A stretch of 64,000 nt of DNA, from NCBI GenBank assembly GCA_963542825.1, contig CAUTZD010000004.1:406-64405 (forward strand). The letters are read 5' to 3'. A program made the translations under genes and the position numbers. The notes beneath the pieces were generated by a model. It did no database searches and was not told the origin of the DNA. It was given only the letters and a program-made list of their open reading frames with translations. The stretch comes from an uncultured Acholeplasmataceae bacterium (GTDB taxonomy: Bacteria > Bacillota_I > Bacilli_A > ML615J-28 > CAG-698). This document shows, piece after piece, positions 1 through 9,880 of this stretch; within the stretch, counting starts at the first letter, position 1, and each line of letters begins with the position of its first letter.

Positions 1-3000
1 TAGGGTTATAGTTATTTTTGAAACTTCCACCATTAGCGTCATAAACGACTTTAATGAGTTTCCGTTTGTAACGTAGAGTAATTTCTCTATCGTTTGTGAT
101 TGTATAGTTATAAACATTATCACTATGACGTTCAAAACCAATCTTTGGTTTGTCAGAAGCATTATACTGTCCAAGTGGAAGATATAAAACTTCACGTAAA
201 GTATCATCTTCTACATATTCACCATCAATGTCTTCATGTTCGTATAAATACTTAACAGTGACTTTAAATGTTGTCCGTTCCCAGTTAGCTTTTAAAACAA
301 CGTTACGGGCAGGCATCCGGAAGTCATTAAGATTTATTGGTGTGTTTGTTGGATCAGCGTTATCACTCCAGAATTTGAACTCATGACCATCTTTTGAGAT
401 GTAATCGCCTTCAGATGGATTAGAAGTGTTAGGGAAACTCTCAAGCTTATGACGATAACGAATTGTTTGTGGATTGATTAATGGTTCACCGCCATCAAGG
501 AAATAATTAAGCGTGAAGTCTTTTTGAACGTAGAAGCCTTTTAAGACAAGACTTCCATCACCAACAACAACTCCAGTTAATTTAGTACCATCGCTGCCAG
601 CAACATTTACTGTTGTTAAACCATTCGCATCTTCACCAGTTAGTGGATTGATTGTGACGTTTTGTCCAGCAGTTGAAGTAATGACATTACGTTTAAGAAG
701 ATCAAAATCATCTGGCGTAGCGCCATTAGGATTTTTGCCTTCTTTTAAAACCCAGTACTCTTCTGTATAGTATGTTCCACCAGTAAGTGGTGCATAAATA
801 GCATAAAGAGTCATATTCTCAAAAACAGTAACATCACCAAATCTGAAGATATCATCTTGTGATGAATAAAGAGCATCTTTATTAGTTGACCAGAAAGCAA
901 ACTTATAACCACTTCCTGTATCAACAACTGCATCTGATGGTGGGTTTGTAATCTTTAAACCATGGTAAACTTTATTATAAACTTCACTTGCGTTAAGATC
1001 GCCACCGTCTTTAAATTTGATTTGATCAGTGATTCCACTAGGTTTATTAAGATCCCAGTTGACAGCATAAACGTTCTTATCGTAGTAAAGCTTAAGTTCA
1101 CGTGTAAATTGTTCGTTAGGCTGTTTAGTATTAGTAACAGTTGTGTTAATTAAACTACTTGCAGAAATGTGGTAGCCTTCGAGACCTTGTAAATTGTAAA
1201 TATATTCATTAGGTATCTGGTAAGTACCAAATGGAACCTTAGGAATTGTAATTGCTTTGACAGCAGTTGATTTGTAAGTTGGAGTTGAGCCAACTGAAGC
1301 TTCATCTTGAACATAATATAGAAGTTTCAAATCATAATTTTCACGTGTGAAGACAGCATATAAAGTAACATCATGAGCTGGCATTATAAACTTACGAGTA
1401 TCATTAGGATCGCTTGGATTTTTAACAATATTATCAGGATTGTTCTTTTCAGTTGACCAGCCGATAAACGTAAAGCCTTCATAAGAAACTGGCTTAAGAT
1501 TAATAACTTCGGTTCCAAAAAGTTGACCTTTGACTGTATCAATACTTTCTGGATATGCTCCTGCCGGAATATCAAACGCCACATCGTAACTACGACGTTT
1601 ATAAAAGGCTTTTAATACCGTTGGTGTATTAGCAACCGCAAAACCACTTAAAACATTACCAGGATCGTCTTTATCGTGAATAAAACCTTCACGGTGTTTG
1701 TGTTCGATGGAAATTGGCGAATTAGTCTTAACACGCCGCTCGATACGAGTTTCAGGAACAGCTGGATAAACACCTAACTGTGTTGTTTCATAGTAATATT
1801 CCATGTAGTAAGTTGACTCTTCACCTTCCTCCCACAAACAAACGAAAGTCATATCTTTCTTGATTGTGTTTTGAGGATCTTCAAAGTTAAACGTACTAGC
1901 TATTCCTTCAACAGACCAGCCTTTAAAGATGTGGTTAGCCCGTGTTGGAATTTCTGGTTCAATAATCTTAGCACCGAACTTGAAGTAGTTTTCAAAAGTT
2001 TGTTCGTTAGTGTGCTTAAACTTACCACCATTAACGTTCCAAGTAACTTTGAACGTTTTCCGTGAGAAGTAAAGTTTAAATACTGTTTGATTGTCTTCTT
2101 CGGCAACTGTTAAGTTATAAACAGCATCATTGTGATCCCACTTAACTTGGAAACCTTCGCGTTCAGGAATAAGTGATTGATTATTTTGTAAGTTATAGTT
2201 CTTACCTGCAGGAAGATTTTCAAGCAGTACATCACTGCCTTTTAGATATTCACTTGTTTGTAAGTCTTCGTAATAGGTTTCAATCTTACCTTTAACTGGT
2301 TTGTCGTTCCAAATATAGTAAAGCGTTAACGTTTCACTAAAGTTTTCAATTGGTGTTGTGTGATAATCAAAAGGTGAAGTATTGTCAGCTTTTCTTGCTA
2401 GACCTGTAAATACCGTATTTGGAATTAAGCCAGTTTGGATATCAGAGTCAGAAATCTTACCACCATATTTTACCTGGATCTTATCGAAACCTTGGTTTGT
2501 TGGATGGTTATAGTAAAGGATAACATCGCAAAGAACCCGGTCGTAGAAAAGTTTAAGAATTGTTTTTTCGCCATTTTTTAAAACACCTTTTCGCACGCTA
2601 GATTGTGCATCAGCAGGTTTTAAGCCAACATAGTTAACAAAATCTACAGTAACTTCCTGACCAACCTCACCATATTCGATTCTTGATGTTGGTTGTCCAC
2701 TAACAATATTTGTTTGTTTAGAATATGAGTTATCATTTTTAATTTCTGATTGGAAATATACTTCTACTTCATAAGCAATCAAAGAGTGAACGTAAACCTT
2801 TGTTCCATCTAAAACTGCTTGGTTATTTTCAATCGGAAATTCTGATGTTGGAAGAAGTGTCTTGTCGCGATGAAAATAGAATTTATCACCAGTGATTCCA
2901 GGAACAATTTTCCGTAAAAGATCAAGACGTGCTACTTGGTTGTTTTCTGCCTTATTAAGCTCAGCTTTAGCGATACTTCCAAGAAGTGTATCTTGAACGT

Positions 3001-3433
3001 TACCATCATGTCCTTTAGTTGCTTTGTAAACAAAGAGTAAGTTTTTATAATCAACAGTTACTGTATAACGTTTTTTCTTACCGCCAACTGTAATGTCAAC
3101 TTCGTAACTTTTCTTTTCAGGATCAAGTGATAAATAATTTTCACCTTCAGTGCCAACAACAGTAGCTTTATCATCTTTGCTTGGAAGTGTAAAGACTGTT
3201 GATAAATCAACTTTGCTGCCACTCTTCGTTGGCACGAAGTTGATTTCTTTTTTCTTATCATCAACGGTAACTTGGTTTTCTTCAACTGGCTTAACGGTTC
3301 CGGCTTTGAAACCATTATTCTTCGTAGCACCAAGTCCAAAAAGCGTAATTAGTAAAACGATTAAAAGGGAAACAGTGGAGATTGTTAAAGAAAGCATTCC
3401 CCTAAATAAATTTTGCCTATTAATTTTTGCCAT
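1..3433 (-). CDS. Very large secreted/surface protein, 5' end only (more than 1140 aa in window). N-terminal signal/TM segment, then at least 5 Listeria-Bacteroides (Flg_new-type) repeats.
   Basis: ATG at 3431-3433 (rc) behind AAAGAGGAA. The reading frame stays open to position 1. N-terminus is MAKINRQNLFRGMLSLTISTVSLLIVLLITLF. Recurrent ...NGG...(F/Y)xGW(S/Y)...TLYA(I/V)(W/F) repeat units. Absent from the ORF track because its stop lies off-window. Confidence 0.7.
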   Translation of the reverse strand, partial: MAKINRQNLFRGMLSLTISTVSLLIVLLITLFGLGATKNNGFKAGTVKPVEENQVTVDDKKKEINFVPTKSGSKVDLSTVFTLPSKDDKATVVGTEGENYLSLDPEKKSYEVDITVGGKKKRYTVTVDYKNLLFVYKATKGHDGNVQDTLLGSIAKAELNKAENNQVARLDLLRKIVPGITGDKFYFHRDKTLLPTSEFPIENNQAVLDGTKVYVHSLIAYEVEVYFQSEIKNDNSYSKQTNIVSGQPTSRIEYGEVGQEVTVDFVNYVGLKPADAQSSVRKGVLKNGEKTILKLFYDRVLCDVILYYNHPTNQGFDKIQVKYGGKISDSDIQTGLIPNTVFTGLARKADNTSPFDYHTTPIENFSETLTLYYIWNDKPVKGKIETYYEDLQTSEYLKGSDVLLENLPAGKNYNLQNNQSLIPEREGFQVKWDHNDAVYNLTVAEEDNQTVFKLYFSRKTFKVTWNVNGGKFKHTNEQTFENYFKFGAKIIEPEIPTRANHIFKGWSVEGIASTFNFEDPQNTIKKDMTFVCLWEEGEESTYYMEYYYETTQLGVYPAVPETRIERRVKTNSPISIEHKHREGFIHDKDDPGNVLSGFAVANTPTVLKAFYKRRSYDVAFDIPAGAYPESIDTVKGQLFGTEVINLKPVSYEGFTFIGWSTEKNNPDNIVKNPSDPNDTRKFIMPAHDVTLYAVFTRENYDLKLLYYVQDEASVGSTPTYKSTAVKAITIPKVPFGTYQIPNEYIYNLQGLEGYHISASSLINTTVTNTKQPNEQFTRELKLYYDKNVYAVNWDLNKPSGITDQIKFKDGGDLNASEVYNKVYHGLKITNPPSDAVVDTGSGYKFAFWSTNKDALYSSQDDIFRFGDVTVFENMTLYAIYAPLTGGTYYTEEYWVLKEGKNPNGATPDDFDLLKRNVITSTAGQNVTINPLTGEDANGLTTVNVAGSDGTKLTGVVVGDGSLVLKGFYVQKDFTLNYFLDGGEPLINPQTIRYRHKLESFPNTSNPSEGDYISKDGHEFKFWSDNADPTNTPINLNDFRMPARNVVLKANWERTTFKVTVKYLYEHEDIDGEYVEDDTLREVLYLPLGQYNASDKPKIGFERHSDNVYNYTITNDREITLRYKRKLIKVVYDANGGSFKNNYNP

Positions 3434-3447
3434 AGATTAATTCCTCT

Positions 3448-3540
3448 TTATAGCGCTGCAATTTTTGTGATGACAAAAATTGCTGCTCCTAAGGCAATAG
3501 CAGAAATTACATATAAAAGCCAAAATACATAATTTTTCAT
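3448..3540 (-). CDS. 30-aa hydrophobic single-TM micropeptide (MKNYVFWLLYVISAIALGAAIFVITKIAAL)
   Basis: ATG preceded by AGGAGG (tagGAGGaaagaaagcttATG). Its stop TAA sits inside the RBS of the downstream giant surface-protein gene (translational coupling). Not in the ORF track (shorter than 60 aa). Confidence 0.35.
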   Translation of the reverse strand: MKNYVFWLLYVISAIALGAAIFVITKIAAL

Positions 3541-3555
3541 AAGCTTTCTTTCCTC

Positions 3556-4848
3556 CTACTTAAAGATAAAGAAAAGACTTGTAAAGACAACGGCGGCAAT
3601 GATTGGGAAACCAATCGCAATGAGAGCAACAAGTCCAGGATGAAGTTCAATAACTTCGCCGACTTCGCCTTTCGCTTTCTTCTCTTTCTTAACCTTTTCC
3701 TTTCGTTCTTCTTCCTCTTCTTCAACCATTACAAATTCCCCAGCGTCGAGGCGTTGTTGTAACTGGTTAAGAAGTTCATTTTTCTCTTCAGCTTCTTTTT
3801 CTTTCTCAGCAATAAGCTTTTCCATCTCTTCCCGTTCTTTACCTTTGAGGTTAGAGATATCATCTTTTGCTTTAGCTAGTTCCATTTCAAGCGTATTAGC
3901 TTCTGATAAAAGTTTTTCATAACGCTTCTCATCATCATTTGATGGGATACTCATTTCATAAACTGATTCAGATTCTGGTAAAACGTACATGCCTTTAGTC
4001 GTACTTGCTCTTTGTAGAATGAACTCAATAACTTGTTTCTTGTTAAGTTCAATCGCAATCTTAATGTCGTTAGCTGCTGCAAGTGCCTTAATGTCAGTAG
4101 AGCGTCCAGATTTACAAGTCTCTTCATTTTCTGGGGTTAAAAGACCACTCACTTCAAGCATACCACGAACGTATTCCCGTAAACCATCACCTGAGAGTTT
4201 GTTAGGAACTTCAATGCCGTACTTTTTACCAAGACCAATTAGCTGGTCTTTTGTTGCTGAGTTATAAAGGATTGGACGAAAGTCTTTCATTTCAAGACCA
4301 TCGAGCATCCCCTCAAGGTCGATGAAAAGTTCTTCCATCTGGGCGTTTAGTTTATCAGGATCAATCTTAATCCGTTTACCAACGCTTTTTTGGTACTTGT
4401 CGGCTAACTCAATAAACTCAACAAGAACCATTTCGTTCTTATCATCTTCAGCAAGACTGTAGATCATGTGGCTGAACAAATCTTCCGCATACGATGTTTG
4501 CATCTTCTCATCATCAAATTGGCTAAAGAATATGCTCATTTGATATTCTGAGAAAACATTAAACCACAGCAAGCGGTAGTTAAGCCGGCTATCAAGTGTT
4601 AAACACTCATAACGAGTTTTAAGCACGAACGGACGCAAGGCGGTCCTCATCGCTGCCATCCGTACACGACGATCAAAACTCAAATTCCGATCCTTGAAGA
4701 ACTTTAGAAGTTCTGCAGCTGGAATTGCTTTGATTCGTGAAGCCAATTCAGAAACTACAAATTCGCCAGAAGATAAAGTCAGTTTTTCTTCTTCTAATTT
4801 CACTTTTGTGTATCCTCCTTGTTTTCTTTCAATTAGAACCCTTCTCAC
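3556..4848 (-). CDS. Hypothetical C-terminally membrane-anchored protein with a long acidic/basic coiled-coil region (430 aa)
   Basis: ORF in track. C-terminal hydrophobic stretch LHPGLVALIAIGFPIIAAVVFTSLFFIFK. E/K-rich coiled-coil segment upstream. No recognisable catalytic motif. Confidence 0.55.
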   Translation of the reverse strand: MRRVLIERKQGGYTKVKLEEEKLTLSSGEFVVSELASRIKAIPAAELLKFFKDRNLSFDRRVRMAAMRTALRPFVLKTRYECLTLDSRLNYRLLWFNVFSEYQMSIFFSQFDDEKMQTSYAEDLFSHMIYSLAEDDKNEMVLVEFIELADKYQKSVGKRIKIDPDKLNAQMEELFIDLEGMLDGLEMKDFRPILYNSATKDQLIGLGKKYGIEVPNKLSGDGLREYVRGMLEVSGLLTPENEETCKSGRSTDIKALAAANDIKIAIELNKKQVIEFILQRASTTKGMYVLPESESVYEMSIPSNDDEKRYEKLLSEANTLEMELAKAKDDISNLKGKEREEMEKLIAEKEKEAEEKNELLNQLQQRLDAGEFVMVEEEEEERKEKVKKEKKAKGEVGEVIELHPGLVALIAIGFPIIAAVVFTSLFFIFK

Positions 4849-4961
4849 CGTTGATTATACAAGAAGAAAAAGCAAGAGCAATTTTTATGCAGTAAAAAAA
4901 CTTAAAAGATTTTTTATAAAGAGAAAAACCAAAAAAAAAAAAAAACGACCTAAAAACACCT

Positions 4962-5047
4962 CAAGGGGTATACCTTCAACTAAAATTTTTAGGTCTTCCT
5001 TATATATAGCTTTTTGTTAAAAATTCTTGAAGGGGTATACCTTCAAC
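4962..5047. promoter_or_regulatory. Two direct copies (about 62 bp apart) of a near-palindrome TTGAAGGGGTATACCTTCAA (core GGTATACC). They lie in the 440-bp region upstream of the 3556..4848 gene. A15 tract at 4931-4945.
   Basis: Read directly: caaggggtataccttcaact at 4962-4981 and cttgaaggggtataccttcaact at 5025-5047. Confidence 0.3.
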
Positions 5048-5288
5048 TCCCAAAATGTTCAAAATTTCCTAATTTTCGTTTTTTATTCACTTTTTCCGAG
5101 GTTTTTTGAAAATAATAAGGAAATTTTCATTAATGCTAGGACTTTTTTTATTTTAAAGGAGAATCTATAAACTCTGTTCTTTTGGCACTTAATTAAACAA
5201 CTAATAGAAAATTCTAGCTTGGAACTATTTATAATAAAAATACCCTAAACTTGGTTCTTGCAAGTTTAGGGTACGTTGCTTTTTAAAA

Positions 5289-6317
5289 TTAATCTTCGTC
5301 GAGTTTCCAATAACCGTTGTTTCCACTACCTACATACTTTAAATTCTTTATTTCTTTTACAATTCGTTCAATTGTTTTTACGCTAACCTTAGCACCATCG
5401 GCAATTTCTTTTCTCGTGATTTTATTGTTTTCTCGGATTTTTGTTTTGATAAATTCTACAAAATCAATATTGTTTTCGTGAGCGACATCGTGAGCGACAT
5501 CGCCAACAACATGGCGAGTATCATCGTGAACATCATAGTGAATAGCATTTGATCCACCGACCTTTAAGGTAGCAATCTTTCTAAGAGGAATGGTTGTTCT
5601 AAAAACATCTCCTTCCTCAAAAGTTGGATTTTGCCATGAATAAAGCTGTGTATACTTATAGGTATTACGCATCCCTGATCCCAGTTCGTCAGCAAGCCCA
5701 ATTTCTCTAAAAACTTTAGATATTGGTGGGTTTTTAGGAAACGGTTCAAATTTTTGTAAATCAAGCACCCCAACACCATGAGCTAGATTGCTATTTTCAA
5801 CAACAATTTTTTCATCATCAATAATCATCTTTGCCGGAAAGCCACTTGAATAATCGCGATGAACAAGCGTATTAGAAACTATTTCCCGAAGTATTTTATC
5901 CCTAGAACTTACTCTAAAGATTCCATCAAGAGTAAATAAATCATTCAAATGCTTTTGCCCAAAACTAATAAGTCTTTCATAACTATCGATGAGATTTGTA
6001 ATGACAACATCACGATCATCATATCTATCTTTGTTTTCTACTCTAAATATCGCGTCTGTTTTATACTGTGGAAGAACAGACATAATTGTACTATCTTTTC
6101 CAAAAAGTAAAATCGCCGCTAAAGTTATTCCTTCTTTACCAGTTTCTGGATCATCTAAAATCAAACCGGCACTTCGAAGAAGCTCTTCATCATCCATCCT
6201 TTTCCAAGGATGGTATTGGTTTGTAGAAAAAGTCATTTTTCTTGCTTTTTCAATAACTCTTGTGTCTAGGTGCTCAATTTTAAAATTTGGATATACTTTG
6301 TCAACAAATGCTCCCAT
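5289..6317 (-). CDS. HATPase_c_4-type ATP-binding / putative transcriptional regulator (RecG-C-terminal-like ATPase plus C-terminal HTH), without the AlbA_2 N-domain
   Basis: Motifs LVHRDYS, GSGM and C-terminal ITRKEIADGAKVSVKTIERIVKEI (HTH). Paralogous to the C-terminal two thirds of 14844..16175. Internal 12-bp tandem duplication gtgagcgacatc x2 at 5485-5508. Confidence 0.6.
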   Translation of the reverse strand: MGAFVDKVYPNFKIEHLDTRVIEKARKMTFSTNQYHPWKRMDDEELLRSAGLILDDPETGKEGITLAAILLFGKDSTIMSVLPQYKTDAIFRVENKDRYDDRDVVITNLIDSYERLISFGQKHLNDLFTLDGIFRVSSRDKILREIVSNTLVHRDYSSGFPAKMIIDDEKIVVENSNLAHGVGVLDLQKFEPFPKNPPISKVFREIGLADELGSGMRNTYKYTQLYSWQNPTFEEGDVFRTTIPLRKIATLKVGGSNAIHYDVHDDTRHVVGDVAHDVAHENNIDFVEFIKTKIRENNKITRKEIADGAKVSVKTIERIVKEIKNLKYVGSGNNGYWKLDED

Positions 6318-6487
6318 ATCTTCTCCTTTCCTTAATACACTTTATTTCTAGTAGGCTTTTTTACAATATCAATATACCTTAAAAATATGTTTCCAATTAT
6401 CTTTTTATAAAATCTAATTAAGGCTTCTTCAAAATAAAATAAACCCCCAAAGCTATGTATCTAGCTTTGGGGGTTTCACTACTTGTT

Positions 6488-6652
6488 TCAGTCTTTAATA
6501 AATTCGAAACTGTCTTTAGAAACTCCGCATATTGGGCAAACCCAATCATCAGGAATATCTTCAAACTTTGTTCCAGGCGCGATACCGCTATCAGGATCGC
6601 CTTTGGTTTCATCATAGACGTAACCGCAAACCGTACATACCCATTTCCCCAT
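6488..6652 (-). CDS. rub: Rubredoxin (54 aa)
   Basis: Translation is [54 protein letters not shown], with the canonical CxxCG...CPxCG pair. GGAG RBS. Missed by the ORF track (shorter than 60 aa; the overlapping 6418..6705 and 6455..6715 ORFs are spurious). Confidence 0.85.
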   Translation of the reverse strand: MGKWVCTVCGYVYDETKGDPDSGIAPGTKFEDIPDDWVCPICGVSKDSFEFIKD

Positions 6653-6667
6653 TGTCTTCTTCTCCTT

Positions 6668-8029
6668 CTATTTGTGTGTATTAAGTGCAAAGCTAAGTCC
6701 TTCATAGAAACTTAGTTTTTGGTTTTTAATTTTTTCACTATCTTTCAAAAGTGCTTCTTTTAAATCGATAAATGGTTTTAAAACTTTTGTGTATTTCTTT
6801 ACTTTTGAAAAAAGCGTTAAGAATTTATCACTATTTAGTTCGTATTTCTTTAGTTCTTCATCAAAACTTTCAAAAACTTTCTTTACTTTAGAAAGTTCAT
6901 CATAAACATAAACAAGTTTAAGTTTGCCATCAGTGTTAATTATAGATGGAATCTCGCCTTCATCAAACGTTTGTTTGTTTGGATTGATAATCAAAGTAAG
7001 AAGCGTATATTCTTTCTTTTGCAGTTCTTCTTTTAAACTAACGAAGCGCCTAAAAGCAAACACAAGTTTTTCCATAACTTCGGTGATGTGTTCATTATGT
7101 TCGACCGCAGTTTCCCGAAGCGCTAAAAGTTCAAAGATAACTTTTTTTGTTTCTTTAAGTCTTCCTTTTATTTGTAGATAGCTATTAACATCAGTTTCTG
7201 TAAGTTTTAAAGAGCTATAGTCAAAATGCAAAAGACTGAAATCGAGAAGTTCATCACGATACGTTTTAAAAACCTTGAGAAGATTCTCTGTTTCTTCGTC
7301 GTTTAGTTTAAAAACTTCTTTGATTTCTGAAGCTTCCGGATTTAGTTTTTTCAAAACTTCAAAAATCCGAATGTCTTCGTTTTGCGATAGAAAGCTTTGG
7401 ATATTACGGTAAATAAGAATATCTTCTAAAGTTCCCGAAAACTTTTCCTTGCTTTCTTCATAAAGTTTATCAAGTTTTGTTAAAAGAGTTTTTATTTCCA
7501 TTTGCTTGAGATCGTCAAACAAAAGCGAACTATCAAGCTTCATAACATTTGAAATTAAAGAAAGCTTTGCTAAATCAATAAGATGATAATCTAAAAAGCT
7601 TTTCAGATTTTCATCATATACTTCTTTGGCTTCTTTAAAAGCATATTTAGCTTTAGTAGCCCCATGAAGGGAATTAAGCTCGTTTTGAATGTTAATTGTA
7701 TTATCACTGTCTTTTAAAAAGCTATAATAAATTGTCGTATCTTTACTGTTTGTTAGGATGCCTTTATTTGTCGCATCAACAACCATAAGTTCTAAAGCTT
7801 CAAGTAAATCTTTACCCATAAGCTCACTAAACGTAGCAAGAACATGTGACTGTTCGTTATGAGAAATTATTGACTTTACTTTTCCTTTGTCATCAGTTGT
7901 GATATCAAGTTCAATTACTGATTTCAAACTCAAGTAGCTATTTGCAAAACTTTTCGTTTTTTTGCAGCCCGTCATAACAAGTGTTAATAGAAACAAACTC
8001 AAAATAATAAAGATTTTTTTGATTCTCAT
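6668..8029 (-). CDS. Lipoprotein, alpha-helical, function unknown (453 aa)
   Basis: Signal peptide plus lipobox LVMTGC. ATGA start/stop overlap with the upstream gene. Last gene of a co-directional operon. Confidence 0.6.
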   Translation of the reverse strand: MRIKKIFIILSLFLLTLVMTGCKKTKSFANSYLSLKSVIELDITTDDKGKVKSIISHNEQSHVLATFSELMGKDLLEALELMVVDATNKGILTNSKDTTIYYSFLKDSDNTINIQNELNSLHGATKAKYAFKEAKEVYDENLKSFLDYHLIDLAKLSLISNVMKLDSSLLFDDLKQMEIKTLLTKLDKLYEESKEKFSGTLEDILIYRNIQSFLSQNEDIRIFEVLKKLNPEASEIKEVFKLNDEETENLLKVFKTYRDELLDFSLLHFDYSSLKLTETDVNSYLQIKGRLKETKKVIFELLALRETAVEHNEHITEVMEKLVFAFRRFVSLKEELQKKEYTLLTLIINPNKQTFDEGEIPSIINTDGKLKLVYVYDELSKVKKVFESFDEELKKYELNSDKFLTLFSKVKKYTKVLKPFIDLKEALLKDSEKIKNQKLSFYEGLSFALNTHK

Positions 8030-9132
8030 TTTATTTGCTCCTTGAATTCTATAATATCCCCAAAGTCTTTAGAACCTAAAAGTAAAAAGCTTTTAAGATC
8101 TGGATTAAGGACTTTGTCAAGATCAATAAATAAGCTACTCGCAAGTTCTTTAAAATGAGCTTTAAGCGAAGGCTTTATTTCTTCTTTACTATAGACTTCT
8201 TTTAAAAGCATCAGTTTATCTAAAGTGCTTTTTACGCTTTCATTTTCAACAAGAAGTGTGTAGTCAAAACTATTAATAGTGCTTTTCTCTTTGAGTTTTC
8301 GGTAGAAACAATACGTAAAGTATTCTTCGTTAAGTTTCGTAATTTCCCGAGTAAAGTGGTTATCGAGAGCCTCTTTTGAATTTAAAGTATCGGGAAGACT
8401 ATGTTTCTCTTTAAACTTCGCCCAGGATTTCTTATTAAATTCCTTAACAGTATTACTATAAGTATTACGCATTTCCGTTAACTTTTCCCGGTAAGAAAGT
8501 GTGCTCACAAAATCATCGGTGTTTGTGTAATCGTTAAACTTCTTTTGAAGAGTATCATATTCCGCACCATAATACTTTAAAAGGAGAGAAAAATTCTTTA
8601 AGCGTTTTCTTGCTTCCTTGCGCATATAAATGAGGCTATCAGGCCTGCGTTTATTTTGCTCGGGGTAACTAAATAGTTTTAAGTTAACAAGGTTTGTTTT
8701 AAACACTTCTAGTTCTCGTTTCAGTTCTTTCTCGCGTGCGGTATTATTTGTTAAATACTCAAGTTCAACGATGTCCTCAGTCCCTAAAAGGAAGGTATCA
8801 CGGTAAGCTTTGAGGATAAGTTCTAAGGCTTTATTAAGGTTTTCACCTTTGACGCTAGGCTCATAGTTAACACTAAGGCTAATCGCTTCTTCATTGAGAG
8901 GCGATAAACTATCGACCTTCCCGTCTTTATCGAGCACAAGGGCAGTAATCGCCTTATTTTTTAAAATTACGTAACTATTCTTCGAAGGACGGTCAATTAT
9001 AATGAAGAGCATAAAGCCAATGAGGAATAAAGCAAAAATATAACCAGCTAAAAGTAAGGGCTTAAATTTTTTCTTCGGTTTCTTACTTGCGTTCGGTTCA
9101 ATAGTACTATTTGTTTCTTTATTAGAACTCAT
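8026..9132 (-). CDS. Membrane-anchored hypothetical protein (N-terminal TM, 368 aa)
   Basis: Basic N-terminus then TM segment LLLAGYIFALFLIGFMLFIII. Overlaps its neighbours by 4 and 11 bp. Confidence 0.55.
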   Translation of the reverse strand: MSSNKETNSTIEPNASKKPKKKFKPLLLAGYIFALFLIGFMLFIIIDRPSKNSYVILKNKAITALVLDKDGKVDSLSPLNEEAISLSVNYEPSVKGENLNKALELILKAYRDTFLLGTEDIVELEYLTNNTAREKELKRELEVFKTNLVNLKLFSYPEQNKRRPDSLIYMRKEARKRLKNFSLLLKYYGAEYDTLQKKFNDYTNTDDFVSTLSYREKLTEMRNTYSNTVKEFNKKSWAKFKEKHSLPDTLNSKEALDNHFTREITKLNEEYFTYCFYRKLKEKSTINSFDYTLLVENESVKSTLDKLMLLKEVYSKEEIKPSLKAHFKELASSLFIDLDKVLNPDLKSFLLLGSKDFGDIIEFKEQIK

Positions 9133-9877
9133 ATTCTTCCTCCTTCAAACCAAAATCATCAATTATCGTAAAATCGAGAGTGTTACCAATTTTTACAGGA
9201 CGCTTGAAGTTAGTTGTTTCGTCTCTTAAAACGTCGTAGTAGTAAACGTTTGGTTTCAAATCTTCGAGGCTATCAGGAATCGTACCAACAACGTAGCCAA
9301 TCTTCGTTTTAAAATGTTTCTCTGTGTAGTCGATAATTTCTTTGATAGGTTTTTGGCTATTCATGATTACTAAGATGTTTCCAAGCTCGTTTGTAATATA
9401 ACAGTACACTTCGTGCTCAATTAAATCTTTGCTGTCATTTTCCAAAATGTCGTGACGGTCAAGATCTAAAGGGAACGAAAAAAGCGTGACCTTATCACTC
9501 ACCTTGTAGTCTTTTTGGAAAATCGTTGTGTAACTTTTATTTTTAAAGCTTTTACTTAAGCTCTTTAGTTTTCCACCTTCTTCTTTTTTGAAATCGGAGA
9601 AAACATGTTCGTTGATTAAAAGCCTGGCTTTATAACTTTTTTTAATCGTCTTTTTCAAAAAGCCATTATTGTTTGTAAAAGCACTCATGACAACGACAGA
9701 AGAAATCCGCCGAAAATCCGTGTCAAGAAACCGAGCGTTATAGAAAAAGTTTTTGGAGCTACCAACATCAAGAATTAAACGCGTATCGTCACCATCCTCT
9801 AAAAGAAAACTATAACCGCGCCCTTTTTTGTAAACTTGGGATTCTTGGTTTGTTCCATTAATTAGTGTTAGTTTCAT
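9122..9877 (-). CDS. Hypothetical cytoplasmic protein (251 aa)
   Basis: ORF in the operon. No motif recognised. Confidence 0.5.
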   Translation of the reverse strand: MKLTLINGTNQESQVYKKGRGYSFLLEDGDDTRLILDVGSSKNFFYNARFLDTDFRRISSVVVMSAFTNNNGFLKKTIKKSYKARLLINEHVFSDFKKEEGGKLKSLSKSFKNKSYTTIFQKDYKVSDKVTLFSFPLDLDRHDILENDSKDLIEHEVYCYITNELGNILVIMNSQKPIKEIIDYTEKHFKTKIGYVVGTIPDSLEDLKPNVYYYDVLRDETTNFKRPVKIGNTLDFTIIDDFGLKEEEYEF

Positions 9878-9880
9878 TAT

